DNA from: an uncultured Gammaproteobacteria bacterium | Lineage (GTDB): Bacteria; Patescibacteriota; Patescibacteriia; UBA11705; DATKZF01 | NCBI GenBank assembly: GCA_964411255.1 | Contig: CAYPKD010000005.1 | Location: forward strand, 5,547-69,546 | Direction: 5' to 3' | Length of the DNA: 64,000 nucleotides | In this document: positions 49,641 to 60,647 of the stretch, in pieces | How the letters are laid out: each line of letters opens with the position of its first letter | Numbering within the stretch: the first letter of the stretch is position 1 | The notes under the pieces: generated by a model | Told to the model about the DNA's origin: nothing | Seen by the model: the letters and a program-made list of their open reading frames with translations, nothing else | Databases searched by the model: none | Translations under genes and position numbers: made by a program

Positions 49641-52118
49641 ATGAAAAAAATAATATTACTTACAATTCTTCTGGCATTAATTTGCACGTCTTTTTTAGTT
49701 GCTGCCAAGGTTAGTGCGTTTGAGCCTTTGGAAGAATTAATTCCAAGAATGAAAATCCCGATCCCGCAGCTTGAACCATTTCAAAAGCCTACTTATGTGG
49801 AAGAAGGAGGCAAGGGCTATATTTTCATTCCATGGATAGCCCAATATGTAAGTGCAATGTATAAATATGCTTTGGCTATTGGATCAATCATTGCTGTGAT
49901 TGCAGTTATGGTAGGAGGAATTTTATATTTAACCTCTGGCGGTGCGCCTGGCAGAATAGATCAGGGTAAAAATATTATTATTGGTGCTATTACCGGACTT
50001 TTAATTATAATTTTTTCTTATATCTTTTTAAATACAATTAATCCTGAACTGGTGAATCTTAAGGCTATTAGAATTCAAGCTGTAAAACAAGAAGCATTAG
50101 TGGTTGGAAATAATTGTAAGGATTTGGGAGCTGGATTTATAGTCAGAACTCCAAGCGGAGAAAAAGAAGGAACAACAGGTAATGCCCAGTATTTTGCATG
50201 CGGCAGTTCATATCCAGTAAGGTCAGGGGCAGCAGATGTGATTGTTCCCGAAGGTCAGAATTGCGATGGGGCGTATTGCCAAAAGGGTGCTTGCGAGACT
50301 GTTGATGGTAAACCACAGTGTGTGAATGCTTTGTTTACAGGAGAAATTACAGGAACGATGTTGTCCGGAGGAAGATATATTGATGAAGAATTTGAGCTTT
50401 GGGGCATGCCGGGAAATGGTCTTCTCGCAGCATTTCCAGTTCCATCTAAAGGACGATATGTTATTCCTTTAACAGCTGAATTAGAAAACAAACTAAATCT
50501 TGTAGACAAAGTGTATTTTCATCTACAGATAAATACCACAGGTGCTTATCCTTATTGGGCCTATAAAATTGGAAAGGAAGGAGTTGTTGATGTGGATTTG
50601 ATAAAAGAAACGGTAAAAAGTTATTTTAAAACTACAATAGATAGTGAATTTTATGCAGTAAAAAGTTATAAGGATCCAGAAAAAGCAATATGGGGATTCC
50701 CATACTCTCTAGATCAGATGTCCCCACTCAATCCTAGTTATGGTAATACCCCTTGTGATCCATGTTTTGTGATGCCTAGGAACGCTGAATGGCGATTTGA
50801 ACAGAGATTGCCTTGGTGTCAATTTTGGGAACCGACTGATCTTTTAGTAGCAGCAAAAAGTGGATCTGGAACAGTTGTAAATTTTAATATTGATGATTTT
50901 CCAGAATATCCTCAGTGGCCTCCACCGGTTCTAGTAAAAGAACTTCTATTAGATAATATTTCTGGATTACCTACGCCTGAATTTTTAAAGGGTGTTAAAT
51001 ACGAAGATATAGATTGGAATAATTTGGCTACAATCAATCCAGATTTATATCCTTATATGACTGATCCTGCTGAATTTTGTGTGGCTTCGAGTCAGTTAAC
51101 ATCTGCCTCTCCATTTCCTGGGACTCCATGTACTAGTCCGTTTGAGACAGCATTTGTTGCAGCTGATGATGCGAATGCGCCAGATGATTTAAAGGGGAAA
51201 ACATTATATTGTCGGCCTGCTGGTTATCAAGTCGGTTCAGGCACAGCAGTAGCAAAGTTTGAATGGACATTGGAAGATGCTAGGAAAGGAGATACGTGTG
51301 ATAATTTAAGTGTTGCTCAGAGTTTTCCAGGACAATTTTCAGCTGGACAAACAGCAAAAAACGATGGACAGCCATTTGTTAATTGTGAATCTGGCGTTAG
51401 TTGCCAATGGGTTAGCGGTGATGTAGGAGAATGTATAAATGGTTTAACATATTGTTTTGGGTTTTGTGAAGATGATGAAGCAGTATTGTCTATGGGAATT
51501 GGAGATCCATGCAGAGATGGCACCTGCCTTCCATATAAAGGATCAATAGAATTAAAATGCGTTTTAAATGGAAATGCCAGGGAATGTTTATTAGGCACAT
51601 GGGGATCATTTTGCAATACTGATAACGACTGTAAAGACGGTTTTGAATGTATTAAGCATGACACTACAACTACTGATGAAGTTCAATTTTGTGCAAAAAA
51701 GAATGCAGGAAGATGGCAGGCATGTGGAGATAAAATTAGCGGTAGTGGTACGAATTGTTCTTCTGGATTGGATTGTGAGCAAGTAGAATACGGAGAAGAA
51801 GGTGATAGTGACGCACAGTGTGATACAGGCCATTGGTCTGGAGCAGATACTAATAATTTGAAATTTTGTCTTGAAAGTACTTATGATGATAATAATCATG
51901 GGATCTGCTCCTGTTCAAATAATAGTAATTGTGCCAATACTTATGGTTGGGATTCTGGTGCAAATTATTGTAATTTAGCAGGTTATGAATATTGTTCTCA
52001 AAAAGTTGAAGGCGCATGGTGTAAAGTAGAGGGAAAAACAACACCAGACAATTATTTTTGCCATGGTGTAGGAGGTGAGTATGGAGTTTTACATCAAAAG
52101 ATTTCAACTAGTCAATAA
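49641..52118 (+). CDS. 825-aa Cys-rich secreted/surface protein with VirB2/TrbC-pilin-like N-terminal region
   Basis: signal peptide, then two hydrophobic helices separated by a short Gly-containing loop, then a >600-aa extracellular region with >50 Cys. Confidence 0.75.
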   Translation: MKKIILLTILLALICTSFLVAAKVSAFEPLEELIPRMKIPIPQLEPFQKPTYVEEGGKGYIFIPWIAQYVSAMYKYALAIGSIIAVIAVMVGGILYLTSGGAPGRIDQGKNIIIGAITGLLIIIFSYIFLNTINPELVNLKAIRIQAVKQEALVVGNNCKDLGAGFIVRTPSGEKEGTTGNAQYFACGSSYPVRSGAADVIVPEGQNCDGAYCQKGACETVDGKPQCVNALFTGEITGTMLSGGRYIDEEFELWGMPGNGLLAAFPVPSKGRYVIPLTAELENKLNLVDKVYFHLQINTTGAYPYWAYKIGKEGVVDVDLIKETVKSYFKTTIDSEFYAVKSYKDPEKAIWGFPYSLDQMSPLNPSYGNTPCDPCFVMPRNAEWRFEQRLPWCQFWEPTDLLVAAKSGSGTVVNFNIDDFPEYPQWPPPVLVKELLLDNISGLPTPEFLKGVKYEDIDWNNLATINPDLYPYMTDPAEFCVASSQLTSASPFPGTPCTSPFETAFVAADDANAPDDLKGKTLYCRPAGYQVGSGTAVAKFEWTLEDARKGDTCDNLSVAQSFPGQFSAGQTAKNDGQPFVNCESGVSCQWVSGDVGECINGLTYCFGFCEDDEAVLSMGIGDPCRDGTCLPYKGSIELKCVLNGNARECLLGTWGSFCNTDNDCKDGFECIKHDTTTTDEVQFCAKKNAGRWQACGDKISGSGTNCSSGLDCEQVEYGEEGDSDAQCDTGHWSGADTNNLKFCLESTYDDNNHGICSCSNNSNCANTYGWDSGANYCNLAGYEYCSQKVEGAWCKVEGKTTPDNYFCHGVGGEYGVLHQKISTSQ

Positions 52119-52124
52119 ATTTCT

Positions 52125-53039
52125 ATGCCAATAAAAAATAAATACCACACACCATATCAGCATTTAATAAATCCAGGACACACAGCCTGCTCTGGGTGTG
52201 GTTTGATTGTGGCAATGATTAATATTTTAGATGCGCTAGGTCCGAACACGATTGTTGCCAATGCCACTGGCTGCAGCGAGGTGACGACCAGCAAATATCC
52301 TCAGACTGCTTTTAAGGTGCCGTGGATCCATTCTATTTTTGAAAATACAGTGGCAGTGGCTGCAGGTATTGAAGCTGTGCTCAGAAAACAAGGAAAGGAC
52401 GATAATATAAATGTATTAGCCTGGGGCGGAGATGGCGCTATGTTTGATATTGGCCTTGGGTTTATGTCAGCCTCCTGGGAAAGAGAAGAAAATATTTTAA
52501 CAGTTTGTCTGGACAATGAAGCTTATATGAATACTGGAATTCAATCTAGCAGTGCCACACCAATAGATGCATATACCATGACCACTCCATCTGGAAGGAA
52601 ATCATGCGGTAAAAAATTAACTAAAAAAGATATGATAAAAGTGGCATTGGCTCATGATGTTCCCTATGTGGCTACAGCAACAATTGGAGATTTAGTTGAT
52701 TTATCTAATAAAATTAAAAAAGCATCCAAGGTTAAGGGGCCGAAGTACATTCAGGTTTTGACTACTTGTATTCCCGGCTGGAATGTTGAATCACATCTGA
52801 CAATTAAATTAGCCAGGCTTGCTCAGCAGACTGGCATTTATCCGGTTTTAGAATATGAGAAGGGCAAATTGATTTCTGCTAAAAAAGTAACAAAGGACAG
52901 GCCAAAAGTTGAAGAATATTTGAAACCGCAGGGAAGGTATAAACATTTGTTTAGCAAAAGCGGCAAGTGCAGAGGAGGAGTTGATATTATTCAAAAGCTG
53001 GCTGATGAGAATATTGAGAAATTCGGACTTCTCAAATAA
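52125..53039 (+). CDS. porB: pyruvate:ferredoxin oxidoreductase beta subunit (TPP-binding)
   Basis: GGDGAMFDIG TPP motif; Cys cluster near N-terminus. Confidence 0.85.
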   Translation: MPIKNKYHTPYQHLINPGHTACSGCGLIVAMINILDALGPNTIVANATGCSEVTTSKYPQTAFKVPWIHSIFENTVAVAAGIEAVLRKQGKDDNINVLAWGGDGAMFDIGLGFMSASWEREENILTVCLDNEAYMNTGIQSSSATPIDAYTMTTPSGRKSCGKKLTKKDMIKVALAHDVPYVATATIGDLVDLSNKIKKASKVKGPKYIQVLTTCIPGWNVESHLTIKLARLAQQTGIYPVLEYEKGKLISAKKVTKDRPKVEEYLKPQGRYKHLFSKSGKCRGGVDIIQKLADENIEKFGLLK

Positions 53040-53204
53040 CAAATCATTTTTTTGGTGGTCGTTGGTTGTTAGGCATGGCAGCCAGTATGATTTTTTGTTG
53101 TTAGTCATTAGACTTTCTAACCAATGACCTAGGCCCATAGACCAAACTGGCAGTCAAGACTTAAAACTAATTACCTAAAATAAATTTTTTTAAATTTACT
53201 AATT

Positions 53205-53232
53205 TGGGGTTCATCCCCTTTTTTTATTTTTT
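53205..53232 (+). terminator. rho-independent terminator after porB
   Basis: ggggttcatcccc followed by a T run. Confidence 0.5.
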
Positions 53233-53314
53233 CTTTTTGCTTTTTGATTTCTTACCTCTTGCCACTTCCCAAAAAGTGTGATAAACTCTTTAGCAAGGTG
53301 TTTAAAGAATATTT

Positions 53315-56191
53315 ATGAATAATAATATCAAAATAAAAGGAGCTCGGGTCAATAATTTAAAAAATATTGATGTAGAGATACCCCGTAATAAGCTTGTAGT
53401 TATAACAGGACTGTCTGGTTCTGGCAAATCTTCACTTGCCTTTGACACAATCTATGCTGAAGGCCAAAGGCGTTATGTGGAGAGCTTGTCATCTTATGCT
53501 AGGCAGTTTTTAGATGTCCAAGATAAGCCTGATGTTGATGGCATTGACGGTCTTTCTCCTGCAGTAGCCATTGACCAGCGGTCAACATCCAGAAACCCGC
53601 GTTCCACAGTTGGTACAGTGACAGAAACCTATGATTTACTTCGATTATTATATGCCAGAATAGGTGTCCCTCATTGTCCAAAGTGTGGCAAAGAAGTTAA
53701 GAGACAGACGGTCGAGCAGATTGTAGATAAGATTTGGGCAATTGATAATAATGTCAATGTTACAGTTTTAGCACCAGTGATAAAGGAACAAAAAGGCAGG
53801 CATCATAAAATTTTTGAAGAATTACAAAAAGCAAATTTTTATCAGGTTCGTTTTGATGGCATTGTTTATAATTTAGAGGAGGTTTTAGAAATGCCGATTG
53901 ATAAGCAAAAAAAACATATAATTGAGGTTGTCATTGACAGGGTAATGCTTGATGGAGATAAAGAAGTAAAAAATCAGCTGCTTGAATCGGTGAAGATAGC
54001 CTTGGATCTGGGTAATGGCCTGTCAATAATCCAAAGGTCTGACAAGGATGAAGACCAGCTTTTTAGCCAATATTACAATTGTCCTGATTGCGGTATAAGC
54101 TTGCCGGAAATTGATTTAAGGAGCTTTTCATTTAATTCTCCAAATGGCGCTTGCCCAGAATGCAGTGGCTTGGGAACAAAGCAGGAAGTTGATCCGGAAT
54201 TAGTGATTTCAAATCCAAGGCTGACTTTAGCTGAAGGGGCAATCAAGCCATGGACGAAAATTTTTTCAACCCAGACAACAAATTGGCAGCTGTTGGAGGC
54301 AGTGGCTAAAAAATATAAATTTTCTGTAAATATTGCTGCAGAAAAATTGTCAAAAAAAGCAAAAGAAATTATTTTATACGGCACTGATGGAGATCTCTAC
54401 CAAATAGGAAGCAAATCTTTGCCATTTGAGGGTGTCATTCCATTTTTAGAAAAAAAATATAAATCAACAGACTCTGATTATATTCGAAAAGAAATTGAAA
54501 AGTACATGCGCATGCATATTTGTCCTCTGTGCGAAGGAAGAAGATTAAAACCAGAATCTCTTGCTGTAACAGTGGGCGGTTTGTCTATTTCTGAATTATC
54601 GAGCCTGCCAATTGAAAAAATTAAAATATTTTGTGATGAGGCTGTTCGCAGCGTAAAGGAAAAAGCAAAAAGACTACCAAAGGGGTATTCAATAATAAAA
54701 GAATCAGTTAATGAAAAAGCATTAAATATTGGACGGCAGATTTTTACAGAACTTGAGAGAAGATTGTTATATATTGAGGATGTGGGTTTAAGCTATTTAA
54801 CTTTAGACCGGAGCTCTGTTACTTTATCAGGCGGTGAAGCTCAAAGAATACGATTAGCCACTCAGATGGGTTCAAAGCTGGCAGAAGTAATTTATGTTTT
54901 GGACGAGCCAACAATTGGTTTACATCAGGCTGATATAAATAAATTAATACAAGCACTAAAAAAATTAAAAGCACAAAATAATAGCGTAATTGTAGTTGAA
55001 CATGATGAGACTACAATGCTTGAAGCTGATCAAATTATTGATATAGGGCCAGGTGCTGGAATTTACGGCGGAGAAGTAATTGCTCAGGGGTCTCCTGAGC
55101 AGATAAAAAAAGACAGCAATTCTTTAACAGGTAAATATTTATCTGGTAAATATAAAATTGAAGTACCAAAGATTGACAGAAAAAAAAGAGGCAATGGCAA
55201 AAGCATATCAATCAAGGGCGCATCTGCTAACAATTTAAAAAACATTAATGTTGATATTCCTCTGGGAAATTTCGTTTGTATTACTGGGGTATCAGGATCT
55301 GGAAAGTCAACTTTGATGACTGATATTTTATCAAAGGCACTGGCTAGAAAATTTTATCGGTCAAAAGAAATTCCATCTGATCATAAAAGCATTAATGGTA
55401 TCCAGCATTTAGATAAAGTTATTTCAATAGATCAAACTCCAATTGGCAGAACTCCACGTTCAAACCCGGCTACCTATACTGGGATTTTTACATATATCAG
55501 GGATTTATTTACACAAGTGCCTGAATCAAAGATTAAAGGTTTTGATGCCGGCAAGTTTAGTTTTAATGTAAAAGGCGGCAGATGTGAAGAATGTGGTGGA
55601 GATGGTTTTGTGAAAATAGAAATGCAGTTTTTGCCTGATGTTTATGTGACTTGTGATGAATGCAAGGGGAAAAGATATAAAAAAGAAGTTTTGGAAATAC
55701 ATTATCGGGGAAAAAATATTGCTGATGTTTTAGAAATGACTGTATCAGAGGCGAGAGAATTTTTTAATGACACGCCAATACTAAAGGAAAAATTAACCAC
55801 CTTAGAAGAAGTGGGACTTGGATATTTACAGCTTGGCCAGCCAGCCACTACTTTATCTGGCGGTGAAGCTCAGAGGATTAAACTGGCCACAGAACTTTCA
55901 AGGTATTCAACCGGTAAAACTTTATATATTTTAGATGAACCGACAACTGGCTTGCATTTTGATGATATAAAAAGATTATTGATAATTTTGAATCGATTGG
56001 TTGATAAAGGTAATTCAGTTTTAATTATTGAGCATAATTTAGATGTAATAAAGCAGGCAGATTGGATAATTGACTTAGGCCCTGAGGGAGGAGAAAAAGG
56101 CGGATATTTAGTGGCTGAAGGCAGCCCTGAGCAGATAGTGAAAATAAAAAAGTCTGCGACCAGCCAATATTTGAAAAAAGTTTTGAAATAG
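53315..56191 (+). CDS. uvrA: excinuclease ABC subunit A
   Basis: two ABC ATPase modules ([20 protein letters not shown]), LSGGEAQRI signatures, zinc-finger CxxC pairs. Confidence 0.95.
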   Translation: MNNNIKIKGARVNNLKNIDVEIPRNKLVVITGLSGSGKSSLAFDTIYAEGQRRYVESLSSYARQFLDVQDKPDVDGIDGLSPAVAIDQRSTSRNPRSTVGTVTETYDLLRLLYARIGVPHCPKCGKEVKRQTVEQIVDKIWAIDNNVNVTVLAPVIKEQKGRHHKIFEELQKANFYQVRFDGIVYNLEEVLEMPIDKQKKHIIEVVIDRVMLDGDKEVKNQLLESVKIALDLGNGLSIIQRSDKDEDQLFSQYYNCPDCGISLPEIDLRSFSFNSPNGACPECSGLGTKQEVDPELVISNPRLTLAEGAIKPWTKIFSTQTTNWQLLEAVAKKYKFSVNIAAEKLSKKAKEIILYGTDGDLYQIGSKSLPFEGVIPFLEKKYKSTDSDYIRKEIEKYMRMHICPLCEGRRLKPESLAVTVGGLSISELSSLPIEKIKIFCDEAVRSVKEKAKRLPKGYSIIKESVNEKALNIGRQIFTELERRLLYIEDVGLSYLTLDRSSVTLSGGEAQRIRLATQMGSKLAEVIYVLDEPTIGLHQADINKLIQALKKLKAQNNSVIVVEHDETTMLEADQIIDIGPGAGIYGGEVIAQGSPEQIKKDSNSLTGKYLSGKYKIEVPKIDRKKRGNGKSISIKGASANNLKNINVDIPLGNFVCITGVSGSGKSTLMTDILSKALARKFYRSKEIPSDHKSINGIQHLDKVISIDQTPIGRTPRSNPATYTGIFTYIRDLFTQVPESKIKGFDAGKFSFNVKGGRCEECGGDGFVKIEMQFLPDVYVTCDECKGKRYKKEVLEIHYRGKNIADVLEMTVSEAREFFNDTPILKEKLTTLEEVGLGYLQLGQPATTLSGGEAQRIKLATELSRYSTGKTLYILDEPTTGLHFDDIKRLLIILNRLVDKGNSVLIIEHNLDVIKQADWIIDLGPEGGEKGGYLVAEGSPEQIVKIKKSATSQYLKKVLK

Positions 56192-56230
56192 AACTATATT
56201 GACGAATATATAGATTTATAATATACTAAA

Positions 56231-56258
56231 AAATGCCTTTAATGGCATTTTTTGAATT
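56231..56258. terminator. bidirectional terminator
   Basis: aaaaaatgcctttaatggcatttttt. Confidence 0.55.
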
Positions 56259-56310
56259 TATTTAACCGCGCTTGCAGTAAACTTTGCTCTTTGAGGAGGG
56301 GAAAAAGAGC

Positions 56311-56622
56311 ATGACAATGACTGTTTCAACAGCAGAGGCCGAGCCTGGCAAGGCTCCATCAGAATTAATGGCTTGTCCGCATTGCGGAGCAATTGCCCAG
56401 AAAGGGGAAGATGGGCAATTAAAGCAGCCGTTAGATATGGATGAATTAGGTGATGAAGTTTTAAATCAACTTGATTTATTGTCTTTGGAAGATAAAGTAT
56501 ATATGCTGAATAATCGGCGAAATACCCGAATCTGGCAGGATTGGCTGGATAAGAATGGTTTTGACTATATTGCCTGCATTGCCTGCGGACATTTCTACCA
56601 GCCAGAGCAGGAGGAAAGCTGA
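56311..56622 (+). CDS. small zinc-ribbon protein (CPHCG...CIACG), GC-rich
   Basis: RBS gaggagggg; two CxxC pairs. Confidence 0.5.
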   Translation: MTMTVSTAEAEPGKAPSELMACPHCGAIAQKGEDGQLKQPLDMDELGDEVLNQLDLLSLEDKVYMLNNRRNTRIWQDWLDKNGFDYIACIACGHFYQPEQEES

Positions 56623-56654
56623 AGGGTACTGAATATGAATCTAGGGAGTAGAAA

Positions 56655-56918
56655 ATGGTTGCCCGTGTCATTCCGTTAAACCGTGCTCCGCCTAAAGTGC
56701 AGCAAAAGCACTTGACGCACAAAATGAATCAGGCTTTGAGCAAATTGCCAACAAAAGTTGTAGATCAGCTTTTCAATGAGCAGGATGTTTCAAAGTTTAA
56801 TTCAATTGCCTTTGTTTGTGGCAGTTGGCGCTGCTCAAAATGCCACTTTTTTTCTGATATACATCGAATTGATTCGTCGTATTGCAGGAATTGTGGCAAA
56901 TATTTGTTTGGACTTTAA
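56655..56918 (+). CDS. small zinc-ribbon protein (CGSWRCSKC...CRNCG), GC-rich
   Basis: RBS agggag; four Cys pairs; terminator follows. Confidence 0.5.
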   Translation: MVARVIPLNRAPPKVQQKHLTHKMNQALSKLPTKVVDQLFNEQDVSKFNSIAFVCGSWRCSKCHFFSDIHRIDSSYCRNCGKYLFGL

Positions 56919-56959
56919 CCGTCATCATTGTGGCGGTTTTTTTATTGAAGTTAGAAAAT

Positions 56960-57008
56960 AGAATTTAAAACCAATTTTTATTTTAAAAAACTGTCTAGGT
57001 TCAGACAG
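56960..57008. terminator. bidirectional terminator
   Basis: aaaaaactgtctaggttcagacagtttatttttt. Confidence 0.55.
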
Positions 57009-57009
57009 T

Positions 57010-57414
57010 TTATTTTTTATTTTCGAGAAGATGTTTCATTCTGTTAAATAATGCTTTTTTTTCTAATGGCTTATCCATATAATCATCCGCTCCATATAGC
57101 GGCGAAGTCATTTCGTTCAGCTGTGGTCCAATTCCGCTTACAATTAAAATTATTGATGGGGGAAATTTTGGATGAGTTTGTTCATAATATCTAATTCTCC
57201 GGCATGTTTCCCAACCATTTTGGACTGGCATCATTACATCCAGTATGACAAAATTTGGTTTTACTTTTTCAAAAACCTCAAAGGCCTCACATCCATCGTA
57301 TGCTTCAAAAATTTCTACTTCTTGCCCCTCTTCTGCAAATCTTTTACAAAGTTCTTTGTGCCAAAGATTACAGATTTCCATGTCATCATCAGCTATCAAA
57401 ATTCTTAATAGCAT
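57010..57414 (-). CDS. stand-alone response-regulator receiver (CheY-like) protein
   Basis: ILIADDDMEI...ILDVMMP receiver motifs. Confidence 0.75.
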   Translation of the reverse strand: MLLRILIADDDMEICNLWHKELCKRFAEEGQEVEIFEAYDGCEAFEVFEKVKPNFVILDVMMPVQNGWETCRRIRYYEQTHPKFPPSIILIVSGIGPQLNEMTSPLYGADDYMDKPLEKKALFNRMKHLLENKK

Positions 57415-57503
57415 GACCCCTCCTTATGTTGCCTACAGGCATAAAAAAAATGGTACACTAAATGAGGAAAAAGATCAAGATTTTTTTAAAAAACCACCTA
57501 AAT

Positions 57504-57875
57504 TTAGGCGGTTTGATGTTGGGGGTCTTTCAGGATTATTTTTTTTAAATCAGATTCCTGAATTGGTTTGGGAATGGTGTAATCTGGTCCCCAACCTTTG
57601 ACCGGATTTTTTGAAAATTCTGTATCTGGTTTTACTCTGATTAAAGTAAATTTTAGAAAACGAGTAGCCTGCAATATTGGTTCTAATCTTTGCCTAGTAT
57701 TATCATCTACTAAAACAAATGATGGCTCTTGGGTTCTCAAAAACTCCATTGCTTTTTCTAAAACATCAGTGTTACACATTACTATGTTTCGAGGTTGATA
57801 GGTTGGATACAAAAATTTTTGCATGGCCTTAAAAATATCAAAGTCAGCTGAAATAATTAAAATTTTAAGTTTCAT
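57504..57875 (-). CDS. degenerate receiver-domain-like protein
   Basis: KILIISADF...FVLVDDN pattern. Confidence 0.45.
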   Translation of the reverse strand: MKLKILIISADFDIFKAMQKFLYPTYQPRNIVMCNTDVLEKAMEFLRTQEPSFVLVDDNTRQRLEPILQATRFLKFTLIRVKPDTEFSKNPVKGWGPDYTIPKPIQESDLKKIILKDPQHQTA

Positions 57876-57958
57876 GCCTCCTCCATTTATCCTCAGTTTA
57901 GATATTATCTTATATCAAAAATAAAAAATTGGCAATAGTAGCCAATTTTTAGAAGAAT

Positions 57959-58285
57959 TTATTTTATCTCTTTTAATCTAGTATGAGATGTTCTTAAATA
58001 TCCCAATTTTGCCCGCCTGACTCTGTATGTTTTTGCTACTTCGATTTTTTCCAAAGTAGGCATGTGCAACGGAAATATTTTTTCAACTCCAACACCATCA
58101 GAAATTTTTCTGACTGTAATGGTCGCCCCGGGTTCTGATCCATGTCTTCTGGCTAAAACCATTCCTTCAAAAACCTGGATTCTTTCTTTTTCCTCGCCTT
58201 TTGGGTTTAGCTCCTTAATTTTTTGGTGAACACGAACAACCTTGCCTGGTTGAATTTCTGGATATAATTGTTTTTTTTCTGACAT
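57959..58285 (-). CDS. rplS: 50S ribosomal protein L19
   Basis: L19 signature region ...GVGVEKIFPLHMP... Confidence 0.9.
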   Translation of the reverse strand: MSEKKQLYPEIQPGKVVRVHQKIKELNPKGEEKERIQVFEGMVLARRHGSEPGATITVRKISDGVGVEKIFPLHMPTLEKIEVAKTYRVRRAKLGYLRTSHTRLKEIK

Positions 58286-58374
58286 AGAATTGTAGATTGA
58301 TAGTCTTTAGACTGTTTTTATTGTTTATGAGTAACACGCTAAAGTTTGTCATACTGGAAAAGAATTGTCAAGTT

Positions 58375-58923
58375 TTATGTAAATATGATTTTCTCACATT
58401 CTAACATTGTTTGATCTATTTTATTTTCTTTATTATATACACTGTAATCTGCCTGAGAAGCCAGTTTAAGCTCTTTTGGTATGAAGCTTTTTCTTTTTTC
58501 AAATATCTCTTTTGGCAGATTTCTTTTTTTAAGCCTTTTTTCAATATTTTCCGGCTTGGCAGTTAAAAATATTTTTGAAATGAAATCCTTTTTATATTCT
58601 TTTTTATTAATTGACAAAGGATCAATGGTGGTGATAGCAATTTTACCTTGCTGCCAGATTTTTTCAAGTTCAGGCATTGGTTTTCCATAATAATTTCCAT
58701 AAACTTGTTCCCATTCAATTAAATTGTGCTGCGCAATTAATTTTTTAAAATCTTTTTCAGTTAAAAAAATATATTCACCGCTTGTTTCATCTTTTTTTCT
58801 TGGTAGTCTGGTAGTGTAGGTGATTAGGCGCTTAATTTTATCAGAATGTTTTTCTAAAATTTTATTAACGATTGTAGTTTTTCCTACACCAGACGGTCCT
58901 GAAAAAATTATTAATTTATTCAT
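58375..58923 (-). CDS. gmk: guanylate kinase
   Basis: P-loop GPSGVGKTT. Confidence 0.9.
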   Translation of the reverse strand: MNKLIIFSGPSGVGKTTIVNKILEKHSDKIKRLITYTTRLPRKKDETSGEYIFLTEKDFKKLIAQHNLIEWEQVYGNYYGKPMPELEKIWQQGKIAITTIDPLSINKKEYKKDFISKIFLTAKPENIEKRLKKRNLPKEIFEKRKSFIPKELKLASQADYSVYNKENKIDQTMLECEKIIFT

Positions 58924-59036
58924 ATATATAGAAAGCTTAATGGGCTTGATAAGGCTTAAGAAGGTAAAGAGGGCAATTTCATTGCTTCATTATTTAACAT
59001 ATAATAACATCATAACCTCGTAACTTCATAACTTTT

Positions 59037-60635
59037 TTATCTCTTTTTACCTTTTTTCTTCTTTTTCCTAGATTCAATAATCTGTTTTTCTTGATCCAAA
59101 ATTTCTTGCTTATGATTTTGAAGATATTTCATTGCCTGTTTTTTTGAATTTATTTCTCCATTTAGCCAAGCATCCTGAACTGCTGTTAAAGCTAAGCCAA
59201 AATAAATTCCCCCACGTCTTTCAAAAAATATTTCATTAATATCATCACTTGAAAGAATGGTCTTTGGTAATTTTTGCTCTTGCCTTGCTTCAATTCTCTT
59301 CCTTACTTTTTCAATTTTGGTCATCAGCTCATCATAACGCTTAGTATTTGGCTGGCCATCAGATTTAATTGAGCTTAATGAATCTAAATAGGTAAGCATT
59401 AATAATTCATTGCCATGTTTTCCGAAAAAAGCATTTTCAATATCTTTAAAAGAAAATTGTCCTGGATCTTCCAGCAGATTTCTTATTAAAAAAGTGATTT
59501 CCTTAATTTGCTTATTGGAAAATTTTAAACGACGAGTGATTTTTTCAGACAGTTGAGCGCTTTGCTCGTTAGGATGTTTAAATTTGATTTTTTCATCTCC
59601 ATCTTCAATTACAATTTCCTGTGATTTTGGTTTCCCAATTTGCGAAAGCATAATAGCGACAGTAAATTCTGGAGATATTTTGGCATTTGGGAATTTTGAT
59701 TTGAATTCTGGAGAATTGATTTTTTCCAGCATTAATTTAGTATGCTGCCAGACATCTCCTTCCTGATGAGATTCAGCTGGTTGAGTGCAATTTTTGAGTT
59801 TATTTAATTCAGGAATAATCTGCTGCCAGAGACTTGCTTTATCATATAAATCAAAAGCGCGTTCTGAATTTTCTTTAAGGCTTTTTAATAATTCTTTTCT
59901 AATGGTGTCTTCTGGTACTTTTCTTTCTTTTTTACCTTTTTCACCCACCACAGTATCATTGATGTGCTGGGCATTTTCAATAATTGCTTTCCAGGTATTT
60001 TTTTCAATTTGAAAATCAAACCGGCAGGCAAAGCGGATAGCGCGCAGCATCCTGGAATAATCTTCTTTGAATCTGTCTTCAGGTTTGCCAACAGCACGGA
60101 TAAGCTTGTTTTCTAAATCTTTTTTTCCATCATAAGGATCAACCAATTTTCCTTCTCTGACATCATAGGCCATGGCATTTATAGTCAAATCCCTTCGGCC
60201 CAAATCTTCTTCGACCGGCATGTTTGGATCAGACTGAACTTCAAAATCTTTTTTGCCACCGCCGCCAGTTGAAAATTCTGTGCGTGGAAAAGCAATATCA
60301 ATTGGTTCATCTAAACTTTTGTCTTCTGGCATGAATTTATAAACGCCAAAATGCTTTCCAACCAGATCTAAGCTGCCCTTTTCTTCAGTTAAAGCCTTTT
60401 CAAGGTCCTGGCCAGATATTTTTCTAAATATAAAATCAAAATCTTTTGATTTAAGCTTGTCTAAAAGGGTATCGCGCACAATTCCACCGACCATGTACAT
60501 TTCCAAATTTTCAAGATTAGGGTTGGTAATAAAATCATCTAAAAATCGCTTGACAGCTGGTTCAGTTAATATTCTTTTTCGCAGCTTGTCTTCTGGAGCC
60601 TCTTCCTTTAGTAATATTTTTTCAAAAAATTTCAT
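59037..60635 (-). CDS. cca: CCA-adding enzyme / poly(A) polymerase family tRNA nucleotidyltransferase with HD domain
   Basis: GGIVRD head motif; DxD; HD-domain region. Confidence 0.85.
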   Translation of the reverse strand: MKFFEKILLKEEAPEDKLRKRILTEPAVKRFLDDFITNPNLENLEMYMVGGIVRDTLLDKLKSKDFDFIFRKISGQDLEKALTEEKGSLDLVGKHFGVYKFMPEDKSLDEPIDIAFPRTEFSTGGGGKKDFEVQSDPNMPVEEDLGRRDLTINAMAYDVREGKLVDPYDGKKDLENKLIRAVGKPEDRFKEDYSRMLRAIRFACRFDFQIEKNTWKAIIENAQHINDTVVGEKGKKERKVPEDTIRKELLKSLKENSERAFDLYDKASLWQQIIPELNKLKNCTQPAESHQEGDVWQHTKLMLEKINSPEFKSKFPNAKISPEFTVAIMLSQIGKPKSQEIVIEDGDEKIKFKHPNEQSAQLSEKITRRLKFSNKQIKEITFLIRNLLEDPGQFSFKDIENAFFGKHGNELLMLTYLDSLSSIKSDGQPNTKRYDELMTKIEKVRKRIEARQEQKLPKTILSSDDINEIFFERRGGIYFGLALTAVQDAWLNGEINSKKQAMKYLQNHKQEILDQEKQIIESRKKKKKGKKR

Positions 60636-60647
60636 ATTACCAATTGA

